DNA from: Leucoraja ocellata
Taxonomy: Eukaryota
Direction of reading: 5' to 3'
Assembly (NCBI GenBank): GCA_036785375.1
Contig: JAWMAR010000424.1
Location: 372,001 to 436,000, forward strand
DNA: 64,000 bases
Positions 25,861 to 38,900 of the stretch are shown here, one piece after another. How positions within the stretch are numbered: the stretch's first letter is position 1; each line of letters starts with the position of its first letter. The notes beneath the pieces were generated by a model, which saw only the letters and a program-made list of their open reading frames with translations, was not told the DNA's origin and did no database searches. Both the position numbers and the translations under genes were made by a program.

Positions 25861-28507
25861 AAAATGGGGAAAATGCATATAAAAACATTCCACCCCAGTG
25901 TAGCGAGAATGCATCTACTGCTACTGCCCCTGGGTCTGGTTCCCATGAAACATACTTTGATAACTGGTGATTCAATCTGGATGTAAACAAATCAATGTCT
26001 GGTACACCATACCGAGTGACAATCTCTTTGAATATTTCACGATTCAACATCCATTCTGTGTTGTCATTGAATTTTTGTGACCTGGTGTCCGCCACCATGT
26101 TAAATCTACTGGTAGGTAGATAGCTGAAATCCAGATGTTTCTTGTAATACACCAGTGGCAAATAAGGTTAGACAACTTATCACATGATACCGATTTGATT
26201 CCACCCACGTGATTAATGTATGCTACTGCTGTAGTATTGGCAATCTGAAGCTGCACATGCAAATCATGCATATTAGTACAATACGCTTTTAGGCCATAGA
26301 GTGCACCCAACAAATCTAAATAGTTAATACCATGTGATTGAAGAAGTAATGCATATTGCATCTGCCACCACAGCTGGAGATGGTATCAGTAGCTCCCCAT
26401 CCTAGAGCACTAACATCAGTTTGTAAAACAACTGAATGTCTGTCAATCCGCATTTTACCGGTGCAAAGCGAAATATTTGCTATCCACCATAGTAACTCAG
26501 CAACGGCTTCAGCTGGTAACTATTAAAATGCCCTGCATGACTTTTGAGTGTGTGCTCCTTTGCACGTTGCAAATTTTGATAATGCAGAGGTCCAAACTGT
26601 GCGGCTGGAAAAGCAGCCACTAATTTGCCAATTGTACTAGCAACCTGCCGAATAGAAGATTGTTGCTCATCAACGAGCGTGCTACAGGCTTCGAGTAACT
26701 CTAGCCTCTTGCCTGGAGGTAGAGTCACAGATATGTGAGTTGAATTAATGGTGAACCCCAAATAATCAATGACTCTGGATGGGATCAATTTGGATTTAAC
26801 AGGATGGATGAGAAACCCCAAACTCTCAAACATGCGTTTGGTAGCTGAAACAGATAATTCAGCTGATTTCTGAGTTTTGCCTATGATTAGGATATCATTC
26901 AAATAGGCCATTACAATATGATTTTGAGCCCGGAGAAGGCCCAACACTGGTTTTAACAATTTTGTAAATAACCTAGGAGCCGAAGTTAAATTATTAAGGC
27001 AATGCTTTAAACTGCCACAATTGCCGCATCCAGCTAAATTTCAAATATCTCCGATGATTGTGATGAATGGGTTCTGAATAGTATGCATCTTTGAGGTCTA
27101 TCATGTAGCATCCTTTAGAAACCAGCTGTTTGGCAGTAAGAAAGGTTTCCATTTTGAAATGTTTATACTGCATATGGAAGTTAAGCCGAATTAGTTCAAG
27201 AATAATTTGACACCCACCATCCTTCTTTTGTCTAGGAAATATATTAGAGACAAATTGGTGAGATTGATGAAAAGATTTCTCAATTACCCCTTTTTACGCT
27301 AGTGTTTCAATCTCAGTTTGTACATCTAAAGACTCTTGTTGTGAAAAAGACAATGTCCGGCTAGGTGTATACTGTGTAGGTGGACATAATTTGAAAATGA
27401 ATTCAATCCGGAGCCTCACCGTCCACCGACCTGGCAAATGCTGTTATTCCTGAAGCAAGGAGCTTGAGGATCTCTGAAGCTTTAGTTCTTGGGCTCTGAT
27501 TCCCGCTGCCATGTGCCCCCAGATTGGGTGGTTCACCGCTGGGACTTTGAGTGATGCACAATTATCCGGCGTTTGGTACTTTCTGGAGGTTTCCTCCATC
27601 GTGAGGTCTTGTAACTGATGAGATGCCATGTAATTTATGGTCCTGGCCAGTTCCAGCAGGTATGGCGAATTTGGATGCCATGCTTGTAGGTATGTTGCAA
27701 AACCTACCTGAAGCGTCGCTGAGAATCTGCCCCAGCCCGTGTGCTCGATTTTGGCGCTGTTTAGAGGGGGCGGGTTTAAAACGCGATTTTTACTAGGCTG
27801 TTCCAATCGAAGATTTTCAGCCTAGTAAATCATTAACGAAAAATCGCTGAAAGACCCCGTCGCAAAAGGTATTATTAGTTTTATAGGCCTCGAATAATAG
27901 TTATAATAGTTTTTAAATCACTCTCTCAACCCGCGACCTCTCGCAGCCCCAGGGTTTTATAAAGCAAACAACTAAAGGTATGTACCTTATTTGTACATTA
28001 AAAGCGGCTTCTTAAGACCCCTTTATACAAAGTTTACTATAGCGAGTAGTTCATTTTGGGCGCTTTATATCCCGCAGTACTTTTCTCAATATTTGAGGGC
28101 ACAAATCTACCGCAATGTGAACGTTCTAAACCAGCGCGTTCCACAGGGACCCACTGGAAAGCTGATTTAAAATGGGCATTTATTTACAGCAATTGAACAC
28201 TACATTCCTTCCATTTGGCCTATAAATTAATGTAAATGAGATATAAAAATCATGTTATATTGTGAATTATTTGTGAATAATCTTTGGACTCTTAGGCTAT
28301 TTAAAAATGTTAATCTTTCCTTAAGAAATGGATAGATGTTTATATCTAGTAATTGAATTTTGATTAAACATGATTTTCTTTTTTAGTATTTACTATTTGT
28401 TTTAGCGTTTAACTTTATAATTTCTACCTTTTTTTTCCAAAACTGCAAATAATAACTTGTTTCTGTTAATGCTGTTCAGTGTTTTTTTTTATTTACATTG
28501 TAAACAG

Positions 28508-31500
28508 ATGTCTCCAAAGAAGAAATGTAAAATTGTCAATCCAAAAGCACAGCCAGGCATAGCTAGAGTTCAACTTGAAGTGAATTTCTCTGTCATGCCC
28601 AAGTCTATGAGGGATCTTAAAAATGGACACATCTTGTACTTGTTTACCTCATTTGGAAAAAGTCTGCCTGAAACAGAGAAATCACTGAGTTCACATTTCT
28701 CTTTGTCGGATGCAGAAGGCTATTCATGTGCTGCTGTTAAGTTAAGAGTGCAGGCTCTCGTTAAACGGACTTTGCTTAAGTTTAAAAAACTCACCAATCC
28801 CAAGGAATTTGGAGCATTTATGGAAATTTGTGATGAAACTTTTAAACTTCAAAAAGGCAGTCGACACATTTCTTTAGATGACATTCCACTGCCTGGTGCT
28901 CAAGATCCTGAATTCTTGACATCAGCTGAAAGTCAAGTGCCCATATTTCAAGAGACCGAGGACATGGGCGATGACAGTCATAGTCTGCATGCTCCACTGA
29001 ATCTAGCAACGCCAACGACAGCTACTGCCTCACCTGAACCAATGCCATCGACATCTGGTGTTTCTACAAGATGTAGCAGAGAATTTCTAAGTCTTTCATC
29101 AAGGAAACAGATATTGAACAAAAGACTACAGTTTGTGTCCGAATCCAGGGCTGCTCTTTCAACAAAGTCTTGGTGAGACCACACCTGGAGTATTGCGTAC
29201 AGTTTTGGTCTCCAAATCTGAGGAAGGACATTATTGCCATAGAGGGAGTGCAGAGACGGTTCACCAGACTGATTCCTGGGATGTCAGGACTGTCTTATGA
29301 AGAAAGACTGGATAGACTTGGTTTATACTCTCTAGAATTTAGGAGATTGAGAGGGGATCTTATAGAAACTTACAAAATTCTTAAGGGGTTGGACAGGCTA
29401 GATGCAGGAAGATTGTTCCCGATGTTAGGGAAGTCCAGGACAAGGGGTCACAGCTTAAGGATAAGGGGGAAATCCTTTAAAACCGAGATGAGAAGAACTT
29501 TTTTCACACAGAGAGTGGTGAATCTCTGGAACTCTCTGCCACAGAGGGTAGTTGAGGCCAGTTCATTGGCTATATTTAAGAGGGAGTTAGATGTGGCCAT
29601 TGTGGCTAAGGGGATCAGGGGGTATGGAGAGAAGGCAGGTACGGGATACTGAGTTGGATGATCAGCCATGATCATATTGAATGGCGGTGCAGGCTCGAAG
29701 GGTCGAATGGCCTACTCCGGCACCTAATTTCTATGTTTCTATGTTTCTATGTATCACACAAAGATCAGTGAACTTAGGGCACGGTTGAAAACTCCCAAAC
29801 GTATAATTAATCAAGCCTTAAAGAGAAAGCAAAAGCAAATAGATTTAAAGGACAGAAAGATTCAGGAACTCAAAACCAAATTACATGATAACACTTTGGC
29901 ACGAGAGCTCTCTAACACCAAGGCAGAGTTTTTGAAACTTAAAAAAGCACACAGACAATTGCTGATATTTCGTGGCAGTACGAAAAAGAGGAAAATTGTT
30001 TCAATTCAACAGTTCAGAAAATGTCAAGTTTATTTAAGACAGGGAAGAGGATGTGAGACGCCTCGAATTTGACATTCTTGTCCTCAAAGAAACAATCAAA
30101 ACTCTGCAGGCTGCCAGTATTGTCAAGGCAAAGGTGGGCCAGAAAACTTACTCCTCAACAATAAGGATGCATGTGTTTGACTGTATTGTAAACAAAACTC
30201 CCACAGCAAACATTCCAATCCTGATAAGCCAGTTCTACAAGCGGAGTGGACTTCATCTGGATCATGTTCCACAACGCAGTGCAGTTGAAGTTATGGCCCG
30301 AGAATTGGGGGCTATTGCTGAGTTGCAAACAGCAGAGATGCTCCTTGCAACAAAGGGTTTGACTGTGGGTTTTGACGCAACCACCCATGAAGAGATCCAC
30401 ATTAACAGCGTTCATTTCACCACCACAAACAAATGTCTCTCTGCAGCAGTCGAGGAATTAGCTGGTGGGACTGCTGAGGACTATGCACAACATATTTGTG
30501 AAACAATTGACAATTTATGTAAAACCTACACTTATTTCAATCTGCAAGCAAATTATCAAGAAACCAGACAAAATATGATCGCCAACATTTCAAACACAAT
30601 GAGTGACCGGTGTGCAGCAAATCATGCTGCTATTAGAATTGTGAGTAGTGAGTGGGGTAAATATTTGAACGAGCTCTACTGCCACTTGCATCCTCTTGAC
30701 TCCATTGCTACATCAGTTCGCTCAGCCCTAAAAATGCAGAAACAATCTGGAGGACAATTCTTGTTTGGGAAAGACTGTCTAGCAGTAAATGCCATTCTGC
30801 AGATGAGCAAGCTTCATTATAAAAACGGAGAAGTGGACCCAAAAGGATTTGTCGCATTTGTAGATGACAGGAACATCCCCCGAGGTGTCCTCCCACGGTA
30901 TCGTGGCAACAGATTGCACATACTGTTTCACATTAGTGGCAAGCTAATAGAACATTATGATGACTTTGTTGCCCTGCTGAATAGCGGAATATCCTGTGGG
31001 GGGTTGAAAAGCGCCATCCTCCATGACTTCACCCAGGCTGAAGCAAAAGTAGAACTTCAGATATTGGGCTTACTTGGCAAATATCTGACTGGGCCTTGGA
31101 TGAAGCGCTTCTACACTTCAAGCCAGAATCAAATCAACCATGTTGATGGCATCAAAGTGGTTAAAGGGGTGATTGCTGCTCTAAAGGAAGCCACAGAAGA
31201 TCCAGAGGAATTGATATTGGCAAGGGAAGATTTCTTCAGTGAGGAGGTACATCTTGACGCCACATTGACAAAACTTCGGGAGCTACCAGTACATCCACAG
31301 TTCAGTTCAAAGATGAGGAGCTGTCTTCAAGCTGTCATCATTGTGTTGGAGAGGCAGTATTGTAAATACTTTGAACTTGATGTTACTGAGAAACTGAAGG
31401 AGGAGACTGCATCAGCAAGATCACACAACATTGATGCGGAGGAGATAATGGGGATGTTTAGTTCATCGAAACAGAAATCTCCCAATGCCACCATGTGTTA

Positions 31501-32095
31501 TTTGTCATGTAGGATGCGGGCCTGCAAGAATAGAACAGTCACCTTCCTTGATAATCTCGAGGAGCATCGTAGGGAGGAGGTGCTCTGTAAGGCAGTGACA
31601 TGGGGGAGAGTGCAGAGGAACAGACGGAAGAAAAAACAGAAGGAATTGAGAGCAGAAATCATCAAGCGACAGAACGGCAAGGAGCATGCTCCAGACACGA
31701 AAGAGAGGAAAAAACTAGGGAAAGAATTGAAAGAGACTGATTTAGACAACATTCGCAGAGATTATCCGAATTTGGACTATTCCAAATGTGATGATCTACA
31801 CGACATTATTAGTGGGAAAGTAGTTGGCAGAAAGGCATGCCATGCATGGTTTGAAGATCAAAAACTTGTAGTTTACAATGCCAAAATTGAAAAATTGAGG
31901 AAAAACAACGTGTACAGAGTTGCTTATTGGTTGCAGTCTGAGGGGTATGATGATGCTACTGATTATGATATGCCAATGTACCGACTAGCAACTGATCTTC
32001 TCCATAAAGACTTGGGTATTTTGCTAGAAATTGTAATTTATTTACCTATCCATAAAGGACTTACAGCATATTATACAATAATATTAAAGTTCTGA
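28508..32095 (+). pseudogene. Transposase gene (about 1000 aa when repaired), disrupted by a CR1 insertion and one frameshift near 30040
   Basis: MSPKKKCK start after an aacag| acceptor. Removing the CR1 restores ...STKYHTKISE.... Coiled-coil-like region, then VGFDATT (D), TMSDRCAAN (D), CHLH (CxxH) and NIDAEE (E). Confidence 0.8.
29167..29750 (+). mobile_element. CR1 subfamily A 3' fragment inserted in the transposase
   Basis: [12 protein letters not shown]...KAGTGY and (TTTCTATG)n tail. Confidence 0.93.
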
Positions 32096-33497
32096 TCTTG
32101 AGAATATCACATTTTTGAATTTTCAAGGCAGTCTGGTTGTTTATTACTATTTCTGTCACATCGGTCAATTTTGTAATTAGCTACAATTAGGTAATTAGCT
32201 AATTATATGCTTTAATTTCAGGTCATCCAAGTAAGATTGTTTTATATTTTTTCATGATTGCTTCAATCTATGATGTGAAAATTTCATTCAGTTCTCTTAA
32301 TTCTTAAGAAATTTACGGGCTTTTGACTATCCAAGATCACAGCTTTTTTGTAATGTCCATAGAAAATCAATAGGGAACAAGATGCTAATTTCCGAGTATG
32401 AAAATGGCCATAACTTTTTTAATACTTGAGATATGAAAGTGAATTTGGTGTCAAATTAAACTTATTTTTATGCTTTATCTGATGGGATAAATTGCAGACT
32501 TGATTTTTTAAATCTCAAAATTTTGTAACATTGCTAATGCTTGGCACCCCTAACTCCTGGCTTCCTTGCCTGGAGGTATGCTCATCAGCTATACCTCCGA
32601 ACTCGGAGTCAGAACAAAACTGACTCCGTGTACTCTCTTCCTCCAAGAGGGAGACATTATGCAGCCCTCTACAGGTGCTGCTGCCACGGGTCCCCGAGGA
32701 GACCCGCGGATATAAGGCTCGTCTTCCTCGAGCACATCGTGATGGAGCATCCTCTCCATCAGGAGCTCCATCCTGGACAGCCGCCCAAAAACGGCATCCA
32801 TCATCAGAGTCAATGGGCCTATTCAACTTTTTAGTGGCTTTCCGGCCCACCGGAGTAGCCATGGTGCCTTCCACCGGCACCAAGTCGGAAACCACTGGCC
32901 GTGCCGCCAGTGACTCTGAAGGCGAGAGGGACGGCCGCCCACTACCCGCACTCCCGCGGTGTTCTGTAGCTGTTCTCGCAGCAGACCGCCTCGACCTTCC
33001 TTTTACCTTTTTCTCCATAACGGTCTTGCTCCTGTAAACAAGATTGCCCGACCGGAGAAAAGACCTCAGCTAAGTTTAAAACTTACCTCAGGGTTTTTAA
33101 CTTACCGCTGTTGGAGCTGCGCCCTGCTAGCCCGTCAGTGCGCCATGCGTCAGACGTTATAACGCGCATGCGGACTGGCGGGGTTCTTCACGGAATCAAT
33201 CACGTGACTCTGAAGTAAAACATGCCATTCGCTTTTTTCACTGCCTGCTGCATCTGCATGCCTACTTTCAATGACTCGTGTACCATGACACCCAGGTCTC
33301 GTTGCATCTCCCCTTTTCCTAATCGGCCACCATTCAGATAATAGTCTACCTTCCTGTTTTTGCCACCAAAGTGGATAACCTCAAATTTATCCACATTATA
33401 CTGCATCTGCCATGCATTTGGCCACTCAGCCAGCCCATCCAAGTCACCTTGCAGCCTCCGGGCATCCTCCTCACATCTAACACTGCCCCCCAGCTTT

Positions 33498-33701
33498 NNN
33501 NNNNNNNNNNNNNNNNNNNNNNNNNNNNNNNNNNNNNNNNNNNNNNNNNNNNNNNNNNNNNNNNNNNNNNNNNNNNNNNNNNNNNNNNNNNNNNNNNNNN
33601 NNNNNNNNNNNNNNNNNNNNNNNNNNNNNNNNNNNNNNNNNNNNNNNNNNNNNNNNNNNNNNNNNNNNNNNNNNNNNNNNNNNNNNNNNNNNNNNNNNNN
33701 N
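33498..33701. other. Assembly gap (204 N)
   Basis: Run of N. Confidence 1.
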
Positions 33702-33782
33702 GTGGTTTTTCAGGCGAGTGCCCCTGAGCTTAAAGGTCGAAGACTGTCGCTGAAAAGTCGTGTAAGTGGGACAGGCCCTTAA
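33702..33782. mobile_element. End of a probable PIF/Harbinger-type MITE (same terminus at about 41290-41378)
   Basis: Shared terminal GTAAGTGGGACAGGCCCTTAA; the superfamily is inferred from the GGG/CCC terminus and TAA flank. Confidence 0.5.
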
Positions 33783-34607
33783 CACCATTTTATAAGAAGC
33801 CGGTACTCAACCTAAAAGGTTATAGAAATGAAGGTTTATCAGGCACCAAAAAATAGAATCATTGGATCTGTACTTTGTTACATTTAGTTTACTTTGGTTT
33901 AGAGATACAGCATTGAAACAGGCCCTTCAGCCCCAAGTACATGTTGACAAACAATCACCATACACTAGTTCTATCCCACACGCTAGGGACAATTTACAGA
34001 AGCCAAATACCCTGCAAACTGCAAGTCTTTAGAGTGTGGGAGGAATCCGCAGCACCTGGAGAAAACCCATACAGTTACAGAGAGAGCAGACAAACTCCCC
34101 AAGGACAGCTCCCGTAGTTAGGATGGAAGCCGGGTCTCGCACTGTAAGGCAGCAACTATACCGCTGCACCACTGAGCCGCCCTATAAACAGCAATAAACG
34201 TTTGTACTTTCCCCAACCAAGATGGCCAATGCCCCACTTTGCATTTCTGAGAGGGAGTGGCTTGCTTTGTGACTGTAATGGGGAAGTCTATTCATTTAGT
34301 TCATTGATATGAACATCTGGGCCATTGTCTACATAAAGAGAACTCAGCAAGCGTGTGAAGAGTTGAACCAACAGGAGTAAGTCATAGAGCCATATAGCAC
34401 AGGAACAGGCCCTTCAGCCCAACTTGTCCATGCCGACAAGTTGCCCCATCTAAGCGAGTCTCATTTGCCAACATTTGCTCCATAGCCGTCTAAATCCTTA
34501 GTATCTATATATCCTTCAAATTTCTTTGAAATGCTTGTGAGAACTTGGACCATATAGGAAGCCAGAAAGGTGCACAAGCAATGACAATCATTTAGAGTTA
34601 TCAAGTT

Positions 34608-34966
34608 ATGTCTCCGAAGAAGAAATGCCAAATGCCCAGCAAAAGAGACTGTTTTAGACCGCATTCGCTGAGGTTATCCGAATTTGGACTACTTCAAATG
34701 TGGTGATCTACAGAATGGGAAAGTAATGGGCAGAAAGGCATGTCATGCGCGGTTTGAAGAGCAAAAACATGTAGTTTACAATTCCAAAATTGAACAGTTG
34801 AGGAAAGGCAAGGTGTACAGAGTTGCTTGTTGGTTACAATGTATGATGATGCTACTGATTATGATATGCCAATGTATCAGCCAGCAACTGATCTTCTCTA
34901 TAAAGACTTGGTCTTTTGCTAGAAATTGCAATTTCTTTACCTGTCTGTTACGGACTAACAGCATAT
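34608..34966 (+). pseudogene. Internally deleted relic of the same transposase (N-terminus fused to C-terminal region)
   Basis: ATGTCTCCGAAGAAGAAATG resembles 28508 onward; 34642-34966 resembles 31730-32071. Confidence 0.8.
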
Positions 34967-35998
34967 AATAGTAAGATTAAACGAGAACAGTTACCAGTTT
35001 GAAGTTTGATCTGTATTTTATGAGGAGTTACGATGAGGGATTACGTGAAGAACCCGCTCAGCACGCATGCGCGGCATACTTCAAAGCAGCGGTGTGGAAT
35101 CACAGATAGACACAGTTATTGAAGTAAACATAGTAAAGATAAGGAGGCATCAGTTTTTGAATTTGACCCATATTATTGAGGGTGGGAGCGGAGGGCACGT
35201 AATCCCGCATCGTAACTCAAAATATACAGATCAAACTTAAAACTGGTAAGTTCTCGTTTAATCTTACGATTTTACTTCAGAGTAATTCCGTGAAGATTTC
35301 AAAGCTCTGTGATTTCAAACCGTGTAACAGTTATTACTACATCACTGCCGAAGTCTTTGAGGGAGGAAGTGTGTTATTGTAACCAACCAATGAATCTGTT
35401 TGTAGACAAACACAATGGTATTTTTTAACAATAACAACAAAGAAATTAAATTGCTCCCCTGGGCTTAAATTAAATATTTGCAGTCTGTAAAATCTTTCCT
35501 GCAAATAAAACAAGTTTTGCCAACGGCTTATTATAAAATTTCTGATTGGTCTTTCCCCCCACCATCCTGCTGTAGCCAGGATGTGGTTTATAGGCACGTC
35601 CATTCTTTTAGCCATCGACGTGGATGCTGCCCTGGTGGAATGAAATTTGTACATGTTAGTTTTTATCCCAGCAGCTTTTAGCACCTGCTTGAGCCATCTT
35701 GAAATGGCTCGTCACCCGACCATAAGGTTTTTTTATGACTGACCCACAAGGTTTTTCATCTCCCTCGAATATTTTGGTTGTGTCTATGTAGGATAGTAGG
35801 GTCATGGCACATAACCGTGATTCTGGCGGGTAAACCTGGAATTCCACGACAGGATTAGGTGTTCCTGTACTGCTCTGTTTGATCATTCCCTGGATAACGA
35901 CAGAGATCTGGTCTGGAGATGTGAGCATGGTGTCCAGCCGCAATAGGTGTAGTGACTGGACCCTCTGTGCAGATACAAGTGCCATCAACATGAGTGTT

Positions 35999-38900
35999 CA
36001 AGAAGGAACTGCAGATGCTGGAAGATCGAAGGTACACAAAATTGCTGGAGAAACTCAGCGGGTGCAGCAGCATCTATGGAGCGAAGGAAATAGGCGACGT
36101 TTCGGGCCAAAACCCTTCTTCAGACTGATGGGGGGTGGGGGGAGAAGGAAGGAAAATGGGAGGAGGAGCCCGAGGGCGGGGGGATGGGAGGAGACAGCTC
36201 GAGGGTTAAGGAAGGGGAGGAGACAGCAAGGGCTAGCAAAATTATTTCTAAAAGGGTTGACGGTGGATATGCAATGGAAGGCATTTAAAGACTGCATGGA
36301 TGAACTACAAAAATTGTTCATCCCAGTTTGGCAAAAGAATAAATCAGGGAAGGTAGTGCATCCATGGATAACAAGGGAAATCAGGGATAGTATCAAAGCA
36401 AAGGATGATGCGTACAAACTAGCCAGAAAAAGCAGCATACCGGAGGACTGGGAGAAATTCAGAGACCAGCAGAGGAGGACGAAGGGCTTAATTAGGAAAG
36501 GAAAAATGGATTATGAAAGAAAACTGGCAGGGAACATAAAAACTGACTGCAAAGGTTTTTATAGATATGTGAAAAGAAAGAGATTAGTTAAAACAAATGT
36601 AGGTCCCTTGCAGTCAGAAACAGGTGAGTTGATCATGGGGAACCAGGATATGGCGGACCAATTGAATAACTACTTTGGTTCCGTCTTCACTAAGGAAGAC
36701 ATAAATGATCTGCCGGAAATAGCAGGGGTCCGCGGGTCAAAGGAGGTGGAGGAATTGAGTGAAATCCAGGTTAGTCGGGAAGTGGTGTTGGGTAAATTGA
36801 ATGGATTAAAGGCCGATAAATCCCCAGGGCCAGATAGGCTGCATCCCAGAGTACTTAAGAAAGTAGCTCCAGAAATAGTGGATGCATTAGTAATAATCTT
36901 TCAAAACTCTTTAGATTCTGGAGTAGTTCCAGAGGATTGGCGGGTAGCAAACGTAACCCCACTTTTTAAGAAGGGAGGGAGAGAGAAAACGGGGAATTAC
37001 AGACCAGTTAGCCTAACATCGGTAGTGGGGAAACTGCTAGAGTCAGTTATTAAAGATGGGATAGCAGCACATTTGGAAAGTGGTGAAATCATTGGACAAA
37101 GTCAGCATGGATTTACGAAAGGTAAATCATGTCTGACGAATCTTATAGAATTTTTCGAGGATGTAACTAGTAGCGTGGATAGGGGAGAACCAGTGGATGT
37201 GGTGTATCTGGACTTCCAGAAGGCTTTCGACAAGGTCCCACATAAGAGATTAGTATACAAACTTAAAGCACATGGCATTGGGGGTTCAGTATTGATGTGG
37301 ATAGAGAACTGGCTGGCAAACAGGAAGCAAAGAGTAGGAGTAAACGGGTCCTTTTCACAATGGCAGGCAGTGACTAGTGGGGTACCGCAAGGCTCAGTAC
37401 TGGGACCCCAGCTATTTACAATATATATTAATGATCTGGATGAGGGAATTGAAGGCAATATCTCCAAGTTTGCGGATGACACTAAGCTGGGGGGCAGTGT
37501 TAGGTGTGAGGAGGATGCTAGGAGACTGCAAGGTGACTTGGATAGGCTGGGTGAGTGGGCAAATGTTTGGCAGATGCAGTTTAATGTGGATAAATGTGAG
37601 GTTATCCATTTTGGTGGCAAAAACGGGAAAGCAGATTATTATCTAAACGGTGGCCGATTGGGAAAGGGGGAGATGCAGCGAGACCTGGGTGTCATGGTAC
37701 ACCAGTCAGTGAAGGTAGGCATGCAGGTGCAGCAGGCAGTAAAGAAAGCGAATGGTATGTCGGCTTTCATAGCAAGAGGACTTGAGTATAGGAGCAGGGA
37801 GGTTCTACTGCAGTTGTACAGGGTCTTGGTGAGACCACACCTGGAGTATTGCATGCAGTTTTGGTCTCCAAATCTGAGGAAGGACATTATTGCCATAGAG
37901 GGAGTGCAGAGAAGGTTCACCAGACTGATTCCTGGGATGTCAGGACTGTCTTATGAAGAAAGACTGGATAGACTTGGTTTATACTCTCTAGAATTTAGGA
38001 GATTGAGAGGGGATCTTATAGAAACTTACAAAATTCTTAAGGGGTTGGACAGGCTAGATGCAGGAAGATTGTTCCCGATGTTGGGGAAGTCCAGGACAAG
38101 GGGTCACAGCTTAAGGATAAGAGGGAAATCCTTTAAAACCGAGATGAGGAGAACTTTTTTCACACAGAGAGTGGTGAATCTCTGGAACTCTCTGCCACAG
38201 AGGGTAGTTGAGGCCAGTTCATTGGCTATATTTAAGAGGGAGTTAGATGTGGCCCTTGTGGCCAAGGGGATCAGAGGGTATGGAGAGAAGGCAGGTACGG
38301 GATACTGAGTTGGATGATCAGCCATGATCATATTAAATGGCGGTGCAGGCTCGAAGGGCCGAATGGCCTACTCCTGCACCTAATTTCTATGTTTCTATGT
38401 TTCTATGTTTATAAAATTGGGAGAATTCAACGTTAATGCCATCAGGACGCAAACTACCCAAGTGGAATATGAGGTGCTGCTCCTCCAATTTCCGGTGTTG
38501 CTCACTCTGGCAATGGAGGAGACCCAGGACAGAGAGGTCGGATTGGGAATGGGAGGGGGAGTTGAAGTGCTCAGCCACCGGGAGGTCAGGTTGGTTATTG
38601 CGGACTGAGCGGAGGTGTTCGGCGAAACGATCGCCCAACCTCCGCTTAGTCTCCCCGATGTAGATCAGCTGACATCTAGAGCAGCGGATGCAGTAGATGA
38701 GGTTGGAGGAGATACAGGTGAACCTTTGTCGCACCTGGAACGACTGCTTGGGTCCTTGAATGGAGTCGAGGGGGGAGGTGAAGGGACAGGTGTTGCATTT
38801 CTTGCGGTTGCAACAGAAAGTGCCCGGGGAGGAGGTGGTACGGGAGGGAAGGGAAGAATTGACAAGGGAGTTGCGGAGGGAGCGGTCTTTGCGGAAGGCA

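Larger units (their letters stand above)
27687..32536 (+). mobile_element. Near-autonomous DDE DNA transposon with 16-bp TIR and 7-bp TSD (hAT-related, probably hATw-like)
   Basis: Ends TAGGTATGTTGCAAAA ... TTTTGTAACATTGCTA; ATGCTTG duplicated on both flanks; encodes a long transposase-like protein. Confidence 0.88.
20992..33220 (-). mobile_element. DIRS-like tyrosine-recombinase retrotransposon with both ends intact (degenerate; interrupted by L2, CR1 and a DNA transposon)
   Basis: Gag-like region 32540-33018 and 27444-27686; RT (MAYLNDILI); RNase H (TTAVAYINHVGG); methyltransferase-like (DIDLF...LYAFSPF); YR (FKSHSTRAA). Inverted termini, plus an internal complementary region (ICR) at about 21215-21325 matching both ends. 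Confidence 0.92.

Noticed and set aside
25859-26161. Stand-alone DNA adenine methyltransferase
   Set aside because: It is the known methyltransferase-like domain of DIRS pol and is broken here.
30053-32095. Domesticated host gene (680-aa ORF)
   Set aside because: It lies between intact TIRs and a TSD, lacks its own ATG start, and is the 3' part of a disrupted transposase.
33360-33788. ORFs spanning the N run
   Set aside because: Artefacts of the assembly gap.
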